Assembly: GCA_038062915.1 (NCBI GenBank)
Contig: JBBTWD010000016.1
Location: 27,522-91,521 of the forward strand
Length of the DNA: 64,000 bases
Reading direction: 5' to 3'
Origin: Patescibacteria group bacterium
GTDB lineage: Bacteria; Patescibacteriota; Microgenomatia; UBA8517
Shown here: one piece after another, positions 48,091 through 57,759 of the stretch
Position numbering within the stretch: position 1 is the first letter of the stretch
How the letters are laid out: each line of letters opens with the position of its first letter
The notes under the pieces: model-generated
Told to the model about the DNA's origin: nothing
The model's database searches: none
What the model saw: only the letters and a program-made list of their open reading frames with translations
Made by a program: the position numbers and the translations under genes

Positions 48091-48135
48091 GCCCGAAAAT
48101 TTGTATACTAATCGCTAGTAACTAATAACTAACAC

Positions 48136-49326
48136 ATGGCAGACGCAAAACAAAAATTTGATAGAACAAAACCACATGTAAACGTTGGCACCATTGGTCA
48201 TGTTGATCATGGTAAAACCACACTTACTTCAGCTATTACTATGGTTTTGGCCAAGCAAGGGCTTGCTAAAGCTAAAACTTATGCAGATATAGATAGCGCT
48301 CCGGAAGAAAAGGAACGAGGGGTTACAATCAATCTTTCTCATCAAGAGTACGAAACAAAGAAACGTCACTATGCCCACATAGACGCTCCGGGGCACGCAG
48401 ATTACATCAAGAACATGATTACAGGAGCGGCCCAAATGGATGGCGCTATTTTGGTTGTTTCAGCGGCCGATGGACCCATGCCTCAAACTCGAGAACATGT
48501 AATTTTAGCCAGACAGGTTAATGTTCCAGCGCTCGTAGTCTTTCTTAATAAATGTGATACGGTTGACGATCCTGAAATCATTGACTTGGTTGAAGCAGAT
48601 GTCCGAGAGCTTCTAAAGAAGTATGAGTACGAAGGTGACAAAGTCCCTGTAATTAGAGGATCCGCTCTTAAGGCAACCGAGGGGGACGCGGAGGCCGAGA
48701 AAAAGATTCTAGAGCTTATGGAAGCGGTTGATACTTATATCCCAGATCCGGTCCGAGATGTAGATAAACCATTCCTAATGCCTGTTGAGGATGTATTTAC
48801 CATCCAAGGCCGTGGTACGGTTGTCACGGGTAGAGTCGAAAGAGGACAAATCAAAGTTAACGAAGAAATTGAAATTGTTGGGATTAAAGACACTCAAAAG
48901 TCAGTTGTAACCGGGCTTGAGATGTTCAGAAAAACCTTGGACGATGCTATGGCAGGAGATAATGTTGGTGTACTACTTCGCGGTATCGAAAAAGATCAGG
49001 TAGAACGTGGTCAGGTTTTGGCTAAGTCTGGAAGTGTAACTCCTCATACAGAATTTGAAGCTGAAGTGTACATTTTAAGCAAAGAAGAAGGTGGAAGACA
49101 TACGCCATTCTTCACAGGTTACAAACCGCAATTCTATATTAGAACAGCCGATGTTACGGGTGAGGCTACTCTTCCAGAAGGAATTGAAATGGTTATGCCT
49201 GGAGACAATGCTAAGATGAAAGTTAAGTTAATTCAGCCAGTTGCAGCAGAAGAAGGTTTAAGATTTGCAATTCGAGAGGGTGGACATACAGTTGGAGCTG
49301 GTGTAATCACTAAGATTTTGGCCTAA
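48136..49326 (+). CDS. tuf: elongation factor Tu
   Basis: [15 protein letters not shown] and NKCD motifs. 396 aa. Confidence 0.97.
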   Translation: MADAKQKFDRTKPHVNVGTIGHVDHGKTTLTSAITMVLAKQGLAKAKTYADIDSAPEEKERGVTINLSHQEYETKKRHYAHIDAPGHADYIKNMITGAAQMDGAILVVSAADGPMPQTREHVILARQVNVPALVVFLNKCDTVDDPEIIDLVEADVRELLKKYEYEGDKVPVIRGSALKATEGDAEAEKKILELMEAVDTYIPDPVRDVDKPFLMPVEDVFTIQGRGTVVTGRVERGQIKVNEEIEIVGIKDTQKSVVTGLEMFRKTLDDAMAGDNVGVLLRGIEKDQVERGQVLAKSGSVTPHTEFEAEVYILSKEEGGRHTPFFTGYKPQFYIRTADVTGEATLPEGIEMVMPGDNAKMKVKLIQPVAAEEGLRFAIREGGHTVGAGVITKILA

Positions 49327-49365
49327 AAACTGCACCATCTGGGTGATGTAAGCACATTAAAGAGA

Positions 49366-49680
49366 ATGGCGACTAATTTGCGCTTGAGAGTTAAACTCAA
49401 AGGCTACGATCATAGGGTCATAGATGAGGCGGCAGGAAAAATTATTGATACCGCTTTATCTTCAGGTGCAAAAATAATTGGGCCCATTCCTCTCCCCACA
49501 AAAAGAACATTAATCCCAGTTGTCCCTTCGACTTCTCGTGGAATAAAGAATGCACAGGAACATTTTGAAATTCTAATCCACAAGCGCTTAATTGATATTC
49601 TTGATCCATCTCCTCGTACTGTTGACTCCCTGGGCAACCTTGATCTTCCAGCTGGAGTTTCTATAGAAATCAAAATGTAA
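49366..49680 (+). CDS. rpsJ: 30S ribosomal protein S10
   Basis: 104 aa. Canonical S10. Confidence 0.95.
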   Translation: MATNLRLRVKLKGYDHRVIDEAAGKIIDTALSSGAKIIGPIPLPTKRTLIPVVPSTSRGIKNAQEHFEILIHKRLIDILDPSPRTVDSLGNLDLPAGVSIEIKM

Positions 49681-49722
49681 ACATTTTGTGAAATTAAGAT
49701 GTAAGTCTGCTATAAGCGTAGC

Positions 49723-49751
49723 TTGCAACGGGCTGCTTAAACCGTTATAAT
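49723..49751 (+). promoter_or_regulatory. sigma70-like promoter TTGCAA-17-TATAAT in rpsJ-rplC spacer
   Basis: Hexamers at 49723-49728 and 49746-49751. Confidence 0.5.
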
Positions 49752-49811
49752 TCCCCCATAACATGAAAGTGGTTAATAGGTTCAACCACAGCAGGTAGTC
49801 TTTGTTAGGAT

Positions 49812-49849
49812 GCTTCTAATTTAGAAGCGCCTACAAGGGCGCTTTTTTT
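49812..49849 (+). terminator. intrinsic terminator with overlapping alternative hairpin (attenuator-like) just upstream of rplC
   Basis: Hairpin A: gcttctaa-t-ttagaagc (49812-49828). Hairpin B: aagcgcc-tacaag-ggcgctt + TTTTTTT (49825-49849). The two share gaagc, so they are mutually exclusive. Confidence 0.6.
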
Positions 49850-49854
49850 GTTTA

Positions 49855-50574
49855 ATGACCATGCTTAATACTGTACTTGGTTCAAAACAGGGTACGAGTC
49901 AAACCTTTTTAGAAGGATTTAGAATTGCTGTGACAAAAATTACAGCTGGGCCATGTGTCGCAACTCAAGTTAAGAAAATGGAACCAGATGGTTACTGGGC
50001 GATCCAATTAGGATTTGGGACCAAAAGAATTAAGAATATAACCAAACCCCAGAAAGGTCACTTCAAAAGTTCAAATTCCACACCAAGATTCGTTAGAGAG
50101 ATTAGATTAGATAAAGAGCCAGAGACAAAAGTCGGAGATGTAATAAAAGTTTCCGACATTTTTGATATTGGGGACATTATAGCCGTAACCGGCACCTCTA
50201 AAGGGAAAGGTTTTGCGGGAGTAGTCAAACGTCACCATTTTCGGGGTGGGCCAAGAACACATGGACAGTCAGACAGGGAGCGTGCACCTGGTTCAATAAG
50301 TCAAGGAACAACCCCAGGGAGGGTCCATAGAGGTAAGAGAATGGCGGGTAGGATGGGTGGAGAAACTGTAACAGTTAAGAATCTACATATAATTTCTATC
50401 GATCCTGAAAAAAATGAACTAGTCGTTTCGGGACCGACCCCAGGAATTCCAGGATCACTTTTAACAATTAGAAAGATTAAAAAAGGAAGCTTGAAAGAAC
50501 TTGAAAAAGAAGTCGTGGCACAAGTGGTTGAAGGAGAGCCAGAGGCAGCTGCAACTAAAGATGTTAAAAATTAA
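49855..50574 (+). CDS. rplC: 50S ribosomal protein L3
   Basis: Canonical L3. Confidence 0.95.
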   Translation: MTMLNTVLGSKQGTSQTFLEGFRIAVTKITAGPCVATQVKKMEPDGYWAIQLGFGTKRIKNITKPQKGHFKSSNSTPRFVREIRLDKEPETKVGDVIKVSDIFDIGDIIAVTGTSKGKGFAGVVKRHHFRGGPRTHGQSDRERAPGSISQGTTPGRVHRGKRMAGRMGGETVTVKNLHIISIDPEKNELVVSGPTPGIPGSLLTIRKIKKGSLKELEKEVVAQVVEGEPEAAATKDVKN

Positions 50575-51163
50575 TACATATTCTATAAAAGGAACAAAAT
50601 TGGCAGACTATAGTTTACCTAAAGAGTTTGATATTAAGCCAAATTTAAACTTATTGGCTCAAGGCATCAGGGTCTATGAGGATATGTCCCATACCGGATT
50701 AAGAAAAACAAAAACAAGGGCTGAAATCAATAGAACTGGGAAAAAAGTTTATAAACAAAAAGGTACAGGTGGGGCAAGACATGGAAGTAGAAGGGCGCCA
50801 ATCTATGTTGGTGGTGGTATAGCACATGGTCCAAGGCCGATAAGAAGAATGCTATCACTTCCCGCCAAAATGAAGCTAAAAGCTAAAACGATGGCAATTT
50901 CATTTAAAGTACAAAAAAAGGAAGCCGTTTTACTTGATGGGGTCGGAAAAATTAAGAAAACAAATGAAGCTGGTAATGTTGTTAATAAACTTGGGAGAGT
51001 TAGTGGGGTTACAAGGTTTACATTTGCATTACTTAAGCACAATATTGCCTTTAGAAACATTGAAAAAGTAAATATTGTTCCGTTTAAAGATCTAAATGCT
51101 TGGCAAATATTAACAGGTGGACTTTTGGTAATCGATAAAGAAGTTTTTAACAAAAAATCATGA
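50561..51163 (+). CDS. rplD: 50S ribosomal protein L4
   Basis: Start taken at MLKINTYSIKG, an internal Met of the track ORF. Confidence 0.9.
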   Translation: MLKINTYSIKGTKLADYSLPKEFDIKPNLNLLAQGIRVYEDMSHTGLRKTKTRAEINRTGKKVYKQKGTGGARHGSRRAPIYVGGGIAHGPRPIRRMLSLPAKMKLKAKTMAISFKVQKKEAVLLDGVGKIKKTNEAGNVVNKLGRVSGVTRFTFALLKHNIAFRNIEKVNIVPFKDLNAWQILTGGLLVIDKEVFNKKS

Positions 51164-51441
51164 TCCAGCCAATTTTTACAGAAAAAACAACAAGGCTTGC
51201 TAAAGAAGGGAAATATACTTTTTTAGTTTCTGCCCGAGACGTTAAAAGTATGCTTAAAAGTGAAATTGCCAGCCTTTTTAAGGTTCATGTTAAAAGTATT
51301 AGAATACTTAAGACTGGAGGCGAGGCTAAAAGAAATTCAAAGGGAATAAAGGTCACTAAATTAGCTAGTAAAAAAGCGATAGTGACACTTAAAGCAGGCG
51401 AAAAAATCGACTTATTTGACGAGAAGAAGAAAAAGAAATAA
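51160..51441 (+). CDS. rplW: 50S ribosomal protein L23
   Basis: 93 aa L23. Confidence 0.9.
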   Translation: MIQPIFTEKTTRLAKEGKYTFLVSARDVKSMLKSEIASLFKVHVKSIRILKTGGEAKRNSKGIKVTKLASKKAIVTLKAGEKIDLFDEKKKKK

Positions 51442-51445
51442 GAAT

Positions 51446-52192
51446 ATGATTAAAAAATTACAAACAATATTATCTAAAAAAGCAGGGAGAAGAAATGGAA
51501 AGGTGACAGTTCGTCACCAGGGTGGACGAGAAAAAAGATTTTTGCGAGAAATTGATTTTAAGAGAGATAAAAAAGATGTTTGGGGTAGGGTTGAAGGTAT
51601 TGAGTATGATCCAAACAGAAACTCAAGTATCGCTAGGATTTTATACGAAGATGGAGACAGAAGGTATATTTTAGCTCCAATAGGGTTTAAAATTGGAGAT
51701 AGGGTAATTAGTTCCAACACTGCTCCGGTTGAGCCTGGGAATAATCTTGCTTTAGCGAGTATTCCAGTGGGGACACAGGTTCACAATATTGAGCTTCGCC
51801 CAGGCAAAGGTGGCCAACTTGTTAAAAGCGCAGGTAGCGCTGCAGTTATTTTTGGAAAAGAGGAATTGTGGGTTTTAATTAAGCTACCATCGGGTGAGAT
51901 TAGAAGATTTTACCCACACTGTTTTGCCACAATAGGTCAGGTGGGAAATATTGAAGCTAAAGAAAGAGTTTGGCGCAAGGCTGGAATAAAACGTCATATG
52001 GGGATTAGGCCAACTGTAAGAGGGGTCGCGATGAATCCAGATTCTCATCCTCACGGAGGAGGAGAGGGTAGAAGCGGAATCGGTATGAAAGGTCCTAAGA
52101 CAGTTTATGGTCGAAGCGCAGTGGGTAAGACTAGACTAAAGAAAAAATATAGTAGTAAATTTATCGTTTCCGGACGTGGAGGGAAAAGATGA
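51446..52192 (+). CDS. rplB: 50S ribosomal protein L2
   Basis: Start taken at MIKKLQT. Shorter than typical L2. Confidence 0.9.
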   Translation: MIKKLQTILSKKAGRRNGKVTVRHQGGREKRFLREIDFKRDKKDVWGRVEGIEYDPNRNSSIARILYEDGDRRYILAPIGFKIGDRVISSNTAPVEPGNNLALASIPVGTQVHNIELRPGKGGQLVKSAGSAAVIFGKEELWVLIKLPSGEIRRFYPHCFATIGQVGNIEAKERVWRKAGIKRHMGIRPTVRGVAMNPDSHPHGGGEGRSGIGMKGPKTVYGRSAVGKTRLKKKYSSKFIVSGRGGKR

Positions 52193-52470
52193 GCAGAAGC
52201 ACTAAAAAGGGACCATATGTAGACATCAATCTGACTAAAAAGGTCGGGTGTGGCATGGGAACAAAAGACGCTCCTATAAAAACATGGGCAAGGGCAAGTC
52301 AAATTGCTCCGGATTTTGTGGGTAAATATTTTCAAGTTCATAACGGACGAATCTTTATAGACGTTTTTGTAACCGAAGACATGGTGGGACATAGATTGGG
52401 CGAATTTTCTCCGACCAGAACATTTAGGGGTCATGGGGAAATAGTAAAGAGAACATTAGATAAGACCTAA
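52189..52470 (+). CDS. rpsS: 30S ribosomal protein S19
   Basis: 93 aa S19. Confidence 0.95.
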   Translation: MSRSTKKGPYVDINLTKKVGCGMGTKDAPIKTWARASQIAPDFVGKYFQVHNGRIFIDVFVTEDMVGHRLGEFSPTRTFRGHGEIVKRTLDKT

Positions 52471-52471
52471 A

Positions 52472-52870
52472 ATGGAAAAGGATTTTATTTCAACACAAAA
52501 ATATCTAATAGTCGGGCCAAGAAAGGTCAGGGATGTAGTTGCATTAATTAAAAAACTTAAACCATTGGACGCCATAGCAAAATTAGAATTTATTAATAAA
52601 AAGTCATCTGATTTTTTGATTAAAGTCATTAAAACCGCAATTGCTCAAGCTAAGGTTGCAGGGGTTACCGATACTGACTTAATTTTTAAAGAAATTCAAA
52701 TTGGGGAAGGACCAAGGCTTAAGAGGGGGCGTCCTGCTTCAAGAGGAAGATGGCATCCTTACAAAAAGAGAATGTGTCACGTTAGAGTCGTATTGACAAC
52801 GCGCGAAGTACCAAAAGTAGAAAAAGTATCAAAAGCCAAAAAAACAAAGAAAGATGTCACACAAAGTTAA
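52472..52870 (+). CDS. rplV: 50S ribosomal protein L22
   Basis: 132 aa L22. Confidence 0.9.
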   Translation: MEKDFISTQKYLIVGPRKVRDVVALIKKLKPLDAIAKLEFINKKSSDFLIKVIKTAIAQAKVAGVTDTDLIFKEIQIGEGPRLKRGRPASRGRWHPYKKRMCHVRVVLTTREVPKVEKVSKAKKTKKDVTQS

Positions 52871-53486
52871 CCCAGTCGGTATAAGAATCGGAACATTTTT
52901 GCCTTGGAAATCAAGGTGGTTTGCCAATAATACGAATTTCAAAGACTTTCTAATTGAAGACATAAAGATTAGAAAAGGTTTAATGGAAAAACTTAAGCTC
53001 GCTGGAGTTACATCAGTCGAGATCGAAAGATTGCCAAAAAGTATGGTAATAAATATCTTTGTTAGCCGACCAGGGGTAGTTATCGGCAGGGGTGGCGCTG
53101 GAATTGAAGATGTTAAAAAATTAGTATTAAAGTTTGCCAAAAATCCAAGTCACAAAATTGATATAAGAATTAATGAAATAAAAAGTCCAGAACTTTCGGC
53201 GTATTTAGTTTTGGGTAGAATTATATCGGAGCTTGAAAGAAGAATTCCACATAGGCGTGTTGTTCAAAAAACAATGGAACGAGTTATGTCTGCTGGAGCT
53301 TTGGGCGTTAAAGTCACACTAGGAGGACGGATTAATGGGGCTGAAATTGGTAGGGTTGAAAAATTTCATCAAGGATCAGTACCAAGCCAAACCTTGAGAG
53401 AAGAAATAGATTATGCCCAAATGCCAGCCCTACTTAAAAGAGGCTATGTAGGTGTAAAAGTTTGGATTCATAAAAAGAAAGATTAA
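52854..53486 (+). CDS. rpsC: 30S ribosomal protein S3
   Basis: KH domain and S3 C-terminal domain. 210 aa. Confidence 0.95.
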   Translation: MSHKVNPVGIRIGTFLPWKSRWFANNTNFKDFLIEDIKIRKGLMEKLKLAGVTSVEIERLPKSMVINIFVSRPGVVIGRGGAGIEDVKKLVLKFAKNPSHKIDIRINEIKSPELSAYLVLGRIISELERRIPHRRVVQKTMERVMSAGALGVKVTLGGRINGAEIGRVEKFHQGSVPSQTLREEIDYAQMPALLKRGYVGVKVWIHKKKD

Positions 53487-53506
53487 TCACGATTTCTAAT
53501 CGAACA

Positions 53507-53920
53507 ATGTTACAACCAAAAAGAAGGACATATATAAAAGATTTTAGGGGCAGGAGAAGGGGGGTCGCATCCAGGGGGAGCGCTATTGCCTTTGGTGAAT
53601 ATGCTCTAAAGGCTCAAGAAGTTGCTTGGGTGACAACAGCTCAAATCGAAGCCGCACGTCGGGCCATAACACATGCTTTAAGAAAAGGTGGACGTGTTTG
53701 GATAAGAATCTTTCCAGATAAGCCGATTTCAGCTCGTCCTGCAGGAAAAAGAATGGGTGGCGGAAAAGGCGATATCTCAACATATGTTGCAGTTGTTAGA
53801 CCTGGAGTGATTCTTTTTGAGGTAGCTGGAGCCGAGAAAAGTATAGTTGTCGATGCATTTAACAAAGCATCTGCTAAACTACCCATTGCGACAAAAATTA
53901 TAAGCCGAGAGGAAAACTAA
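53507..53920 (+). CDS. rplP: 50S ribosomal protein L16
   Basis: 137 aa L16. Confidence 0.95.
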   Translation: MLQPKRRTYIKDFRGRRRGVASRGSAIAFGEYALKAQEVAWVTTAQIEAARRAITHALRKGGRVWIRIFPDKPISARPAGKRMGGGKGDISTYVAVVRPGVILFEVAGAEKSIVVDAFNKASAKLPIATKIISREEN

Positions 53921-53921
53921 G

Positions 53922-54071
53922 ATGAAAAAGAAAGATTTATTAGATTATCGAACAAAAGAAATTAAAGATTTAATAAAGCTTGTGGTTGAAAAGAAACTGG
54001 TGCCATCTAAAAATTCTAGACGTGAAGTTGCACAAATTTTAACAATTATTAAAGAAAAACAGCTCAAATGA
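53922..54071 (+). CDS. rpmC: 50S ribosomal protein L29 (49 aa; below ORF-track threshold)
   Basis: MKKKDLLDYRTKEIKDLIKLVVEKKLV... The TGA stop overlaps the rpsQ ATG. Confidence 0.8.
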   Translation: MKKKDLLDYRTKEIKDLIKLVVEKKLVPSKNSRREVAQILTIIKEKQLK

Positions 54072-54286
54072 AAATATTTACGGGTCAAGTAATCGCATTA
54101 AAAAATGAAAAAACAGCTACTGTGTCAGTCGCTAGGGTTACAGTGCATCCTTTATATAAGAAAAGATTAAGAAGGCTAAAGAAATATCAAGTCCATGATG
54201 AAATTGAAACAAAAATTGGGGACAAGGTCAGTTTTATTGCCAGTAAACCCTACAGTAAGACGAAGAAGTGGAGGATTATCAAATGA
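54068..54286 (+). CDS. rpsQ: 30S ribosomal protein S17
   Basis: 72 aa S17. Confidence 0.9.
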   Translation: MKIFTGQVIALKNEKTATVSVARVTVHPLYKKRLRRLKKYQVHDEIETKIGDKVSFIASKPYSKTKKWRIIK

Positions 54287-54648
54287 TACAGTTGAGATCA
54301 ATATTAAAACCAGCAGACAATAGTGGCGCCAAAAGGCTTATGGTAATAGGATTACCCGGGAAAATAGGCAAATTCGCGTCATTGGGTGATGTTGTCTTAT
54401 GTGTTACTCAAGGAGCTGATTCGGCCGGGGCGGTACTGGACCATGAAAAAGTATCAGTTTTAATTGTTAGAACGAGGAAAGAGGTAGGTAGGAAAGATGG
54501 AACTTATGTTCGGTTTGATGATAACGCAGGTGTAGTTATCGATAAACAGGGGCTTCCTCGTGGAACGCGTATATTTGGCCCAGTTGCCCGTGAAGTCAAA
54601 GAAGTTGGATACAATAAAATCGCTTCGTTAGCAAGGGAGGTTGTATGA
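54283..54648 (+). CDS. rplN: 50S ribosomal protein L14
   Basis: Start at MIQLRSILKPADNSGAK. Confidence 0.95.
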   Translation: MIQLRSILKPADNSGAKRLMVIGLPGKIGKFASLGDVVLCVTQGADSAGAVLDHEKVSVLIVRTRKEVGRKDGTYVRFDDNAGVVIDKQGLPRGTRIFGPVAREVKEVGYNKIASLAREVV

Positions 54649-54953
54649 TCAAATTTAAATTGGGCGACAATGTAAGGATTATGACTGGAAAAGACAAAGG
54701 CAGAGAGGGAAAAATTGAGAAAATTTTTCCTAAAGAGGCCAAAGTTTTGATCCCTGGAATGAATATTTACAAGAAACATGTTAAAGGTGTGGGGGAAGTT
54801 AAGGGTGGAATTTACGACTTACCACGCCCCATTGGATTGGGTAAAATAGCTTTGGTTTGTCCCAAATGCAAAAAGATTACAAGAGTTGGTTTTCGAATGG
54901 CAGGTAGTCAAAAAGTTAGAATATGTAAGAAGTGTAAAAAGGAAATATCATGA
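54645..54953 (+). CDS. rplX: 50S ribosomal protein L24
   Basis: KOW domain. 102 aa. Confidence 0.9.
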   Translation: MIKFKLGDNVRIMTGKDKGREGKIEKIFPKEAKVLIPGMNIYKKHVKGVGEVKGGIYDLPRPIGLGKIALVCPKCKKITRVGFRMAGSQKVRICKKCKKEIS

Positions 54954-55468
54954 GCAGACTTAAAGACAAATATATAAAAGGGTTTAATCCTAAAGAAGAT
55001 CTTTCATTTCCAAAGCTTGTGAAGGTTACCTTAAATTTAGGTATAGGCAATATTGCTAAAAATGCCCCTGCTCTTGAGGTTTTGAAAAAAGACATCGCAG
55101 CAATTTCGGGCCAGATGCCATCAATTAGACCAGCTAAGGTTTCTATTGCAAGTTTTGGAATAAGGGCTGGAATGCCAGTTGGATTATCAGTGACCTTAAG
55201 AGGAGAAAGAATGTATTCTTTCTTGGACCGTCTTTTTTCCATAGTTCTCCCTCGGCTTAGAGATTTTAGAGGAATTCCAACTAAATCGTTTGATAGCTTT
55301 GGCAACTATACTTTAGGTTTAGCCGAACATACAGTTTTTCCAGAAATTGATACTGCAAAAGGAAATAACCCGCATGGCATGGAAATTACAATTGTGACAA
55401 CTGCAAAAAATAAAGAAGACGCTAGAAAACTTTTAGAACTTTTAGGTTGTCCCTTTGAAAAACCATGA
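54950..55468 (+). CDS. rplE: 50S ribosomal protein L5
   Basis: 172 aa L5. Confidence 0.95.
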   Translation: MSRLKDKYIKGFNPKEDLSFPKLVKVTLNLGIGNIAKNAPALEVLKKDIAAISGQMPSIRPAKVSIASFGIRAGMPVGLSVTLRGERMYSFLDRLFSIVLPRLRDFRGIPTKSFDSFGNYTLGLAEHTVFPEIDTAKGNNPHGMEITIVTTAKNKEDARKLLELLGCPFEKP

Positions 55469-55650
55469 GTACAGTAGCTAAAGAAGTCCGAGAGACTAAA
55501 AAATTAAAATATAAAGGCCGATATAGAAATAGATGTAGAATTTGTGGCAGAGGCCGTGGATATCTAAGGAAATTTGGTCTATGTCGTCTATGTTTCCGTG
55601 AACACGCATTAAAAGGGGAAGTCCCAGGCGTTAGAAAGGCATCATGGTAG
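55465..55650 (+). CDS. rpsN: 30S ribosomal protein S14 type Z (zinc-binding)
   Basis: 61 aa. [20 protein letters not shown]. Confidence 0.9.
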   Translation: MSTVAKEVRETKKLKYKGRYRNRCRICGRGRGYLRKFGLCRLCFREHALKGEVPGVRKASW

Positions 55651-55997
55651 CCGACTTTTTAATTCGAATAAAAAATGCTGTTATGGCAAAAAATAAAGAA
55701 GTGAAAATTGTATCAAACAAGCATGTTTTGGCTGTGGCCAATTCTCTTAAAAAATTAGGTTTTTTGGAGAAAGTTGAGGCTGATAAGGTGACACTTTCCT
55801 TTATGGACAAAAAACCGATTCTTATGGATATAAAACTTGTATCAAAACCTGGGCGAAGAATTTATATTGGAGCTCGTGAGTTGGAAAAAAGAAAGAAGCC
55901 ATCAATTCTTTTGATATCTACTCCTATAGGGATAATTTCGTCTAAACAAGCTTTGAAAAGTAGGATTGGAGGGGAGGTATTAGCTGAAGTACTATAA
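55644..55997 (+). CDS. rpsH: 30S ribosomal protein S8
   Basis: 117 aa S8. Confidence 0.9.
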   Translation: MVADFLIRIKNAVMAKNKEVKIVSNKHVLAVANSLKKLGFLEKVEADKVTLSFMDKKPILMDIKLVSKPGRRIYIGARELEKRKKPSILLISTPIGIISSKQALKSRIGGEVLAEVL

Positions 55998-56015
55998 TTT
56001 CAGCGAAATTAAATC

Positions 56016-56567
56016 ATGAGTAAAATAGGCAAACAACCGGTATTAATTCCAGAGGGTGTAAAAGTAGAACTAAATGATAAATTGGTTAGGATTACTGGTC
56101 CCAAAGGAACCCTAGAGAGAAAGTTACCTCGTGCGATTGAGGTGGTTTTCAAGGATGGCCAGATTGATGTTAAAAGGAAGTCAAATTCGAAAGTAGCTAC
56201 AAGCTTACATGGAACAATCCGTTCACTAATAAACAATATGGTTAAGGGTGTAACAGAGGGCTTTATTCGTCAGCTAGAGCTTATTGGAACCGGTTTTAGA
56301 GCAGAGGTTGTGGGTAGTGATATATCGCTTATTGTGGGTTATTCACACCCTGTTAAAATTCAAGCTCCCGAAGGAGTTAACTTTAAGGTTGAAAAAATGA
56401 TAATTACAGTTAGCGGATTTGATAAAGAGGTGGTTGGTCAAGTAGCTGCCAATGTAAGAGCTGTAAGGCCACCCGAGCCATATAAAGGAAAAGGAATTAA
56501 ATATGTGGAAGAGGTTATAAGAAGAAAGCCTGGTAAAGCAGCAGCAGCTAAAACCACAGTAGCCTAA
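56016..56567 (+). CDS. rplF: 50S ribosomal protein L6
   Basis: 183 aa L6. Confidence 0.95.
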   Translation: MSKIGKQPVLIPEGVKVELNDKLVRITGPKGTLERKLPRAIEVVFKDGQIDVKRKSNSKVATSLHGTIRSLINNMVKGVTEGFIRQLELIGTGFRAEVVGSDISLIVGYSHPVKIQAPEGVNFKVEKMIITVSGFDKEVVGQVAANVRAVRPPEPYKGKGIKYVEEVIRRKPGKAAAAKTTVA

Positions 56568-56571
56568 TATT

Positions 56572-56886
56572 ATGGAAATAAAAAGAAAGAGATATATACA
56601 AAGGAAAAGAAGGGTACGCTCAAGGATCGAAGGATCACCCGAGAGGCCCAGGCTTTCTGTTTTTAGATCTAATAAATATGTTTATGCTCAAATAATCGAT
56701 GACATTAAGGGTGTAACTTTGGTGTCGGCTCATGGAATTGATCCCAAAAGTGTAGGTGAGGAAATTGCCAAAAAGGCAATAAAAAAGAAAATAGAAAGCG
56801 TTGTTTTTGATAGAGGAGGTTTTAAGTATCATGGAAGGGTAATGGCTGTAGCTGTTGCAGCAAGAGAGGGGGGACTTAAATTATGA
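56572..56886 (+). CDS. rplR: 50S ribosomal protein L18
   Basis: 104 aa L18. Confidence 0.9.
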   Translation: MEIKRKRYIQRKRRVRSRIEGSPERPRLSVFRSNKYVYAQIIDDIKGVTLVSAHGIDPKSVGEEIAKKAIKKKIESVVFDRGGFKYHGRVMAVAVAAREGGLKL

Positions 56887-57377
56887 TGAGAAGACAATAT
56901 AATAACCAGAATCAGTTTGCCTTTAGTGAATTTGAAGAAACAGTTGTTCAAATAAATAGAATTTCTAAAAAAACCAAAGGAGGAAATCAAATCCGTTTTT
57001 CTGCGCTTGTTGTGGTTGGAGATAAAAAAGGAAAGGTGGGTGTGGGACTGGCTAAGGCCACGGACGTTCGAAATGCAATTAGGAAGGCAATCGAGGCCGC
57101 TAAAAGAAAAATGATTAAAGTCCCGCTTGCTGGTACTACTGTACCTTATTCCGTAAATGAGAAATTTTCAGCAGCTAGAGTACTTGTTAAGCCAGCTCCT
57201 CCTGGAAGCGGTATTATTGCCGGAGGGCCAATGAGGGTAGTTTTGGAGGCGGCTGGAATAAGAGACGTGGTAGGTAAGATATTGGGTACAAAAAATAAAA
57301 TTTCTAATGTTTATGCAACCCTAAAAGCGCTATCATCAATCTATGCAATTGCCAAAAGTCGTAACAAAATCGAATAA
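56883..57377 (+). CDS. rpsE: 30S ribosomal protein S5
   Basis: 164 aa S5. Confidence 0.95.
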   Translation: MMRRQYNNQNQFAFSEFEETVVQINRISKKTKGGNQIRFSALVVVGDKKGKVGVGLAKATDVRNAIRKAIEAAKRKMIKVPLAGTTVPYSVNEKFSAARVLVKPAPPGSGIIAGGPMRVVLEAAGIRDVVGKILGTKNKISNVYATLKALSSIYAIAKSRNKIE

Positions 57378-57759
57378 AAGAGTTGGCCGCGGAATAGGAT
57401 CCGGAAAAGGAGGCCATACTTCTGGTCGTGGACAAAAAGGTCAAAGAAGTAGGGGGAAAATCGGAATTTTATTTGAAGGAGTAAAAATGAAGAAGTCGCT
57501 TATTAAAAGACTTCCTCTTTCTCGTGGTAAAGGAAAATTTAAATCAAAGAATGGGCCAATTGTAGTCAACATGGAAGTCTTAAATATTATGCCTACTGGG
57601 TCAATTGTTAATATCGAGAGCTTGGTTAAGGCAGGAATTGTAGATAGTAAGGATGCTAAAAAATATGGAGTTAAAATATTAGGTAAGGGAACACTTACTA
57701 AAAAATTAAAAATAGAACTTCCCATGTCCAAGTCAGTTGCCAAAAGACTAGCTAAATGA
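57343..57759 (+). CDS. rplO: 50S ribosomal protein L15 (directly after S5; no L30 gene)
   Basis: [23 protein letters not shown]. Confidence 0.9.
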   Translation: MQLPKVVTKSNKRVGRGIGSGKGGHTSGRGQKGQRSRGKIGILFEGVKMKKSLIKRLPLSRGKGKFKSKNGPIVVNMEVLNIMPTGSIVNIESLVKAGIVDSKDAKKYGVKILGKGTLTKKLKIELPMSKSVAKRLAK

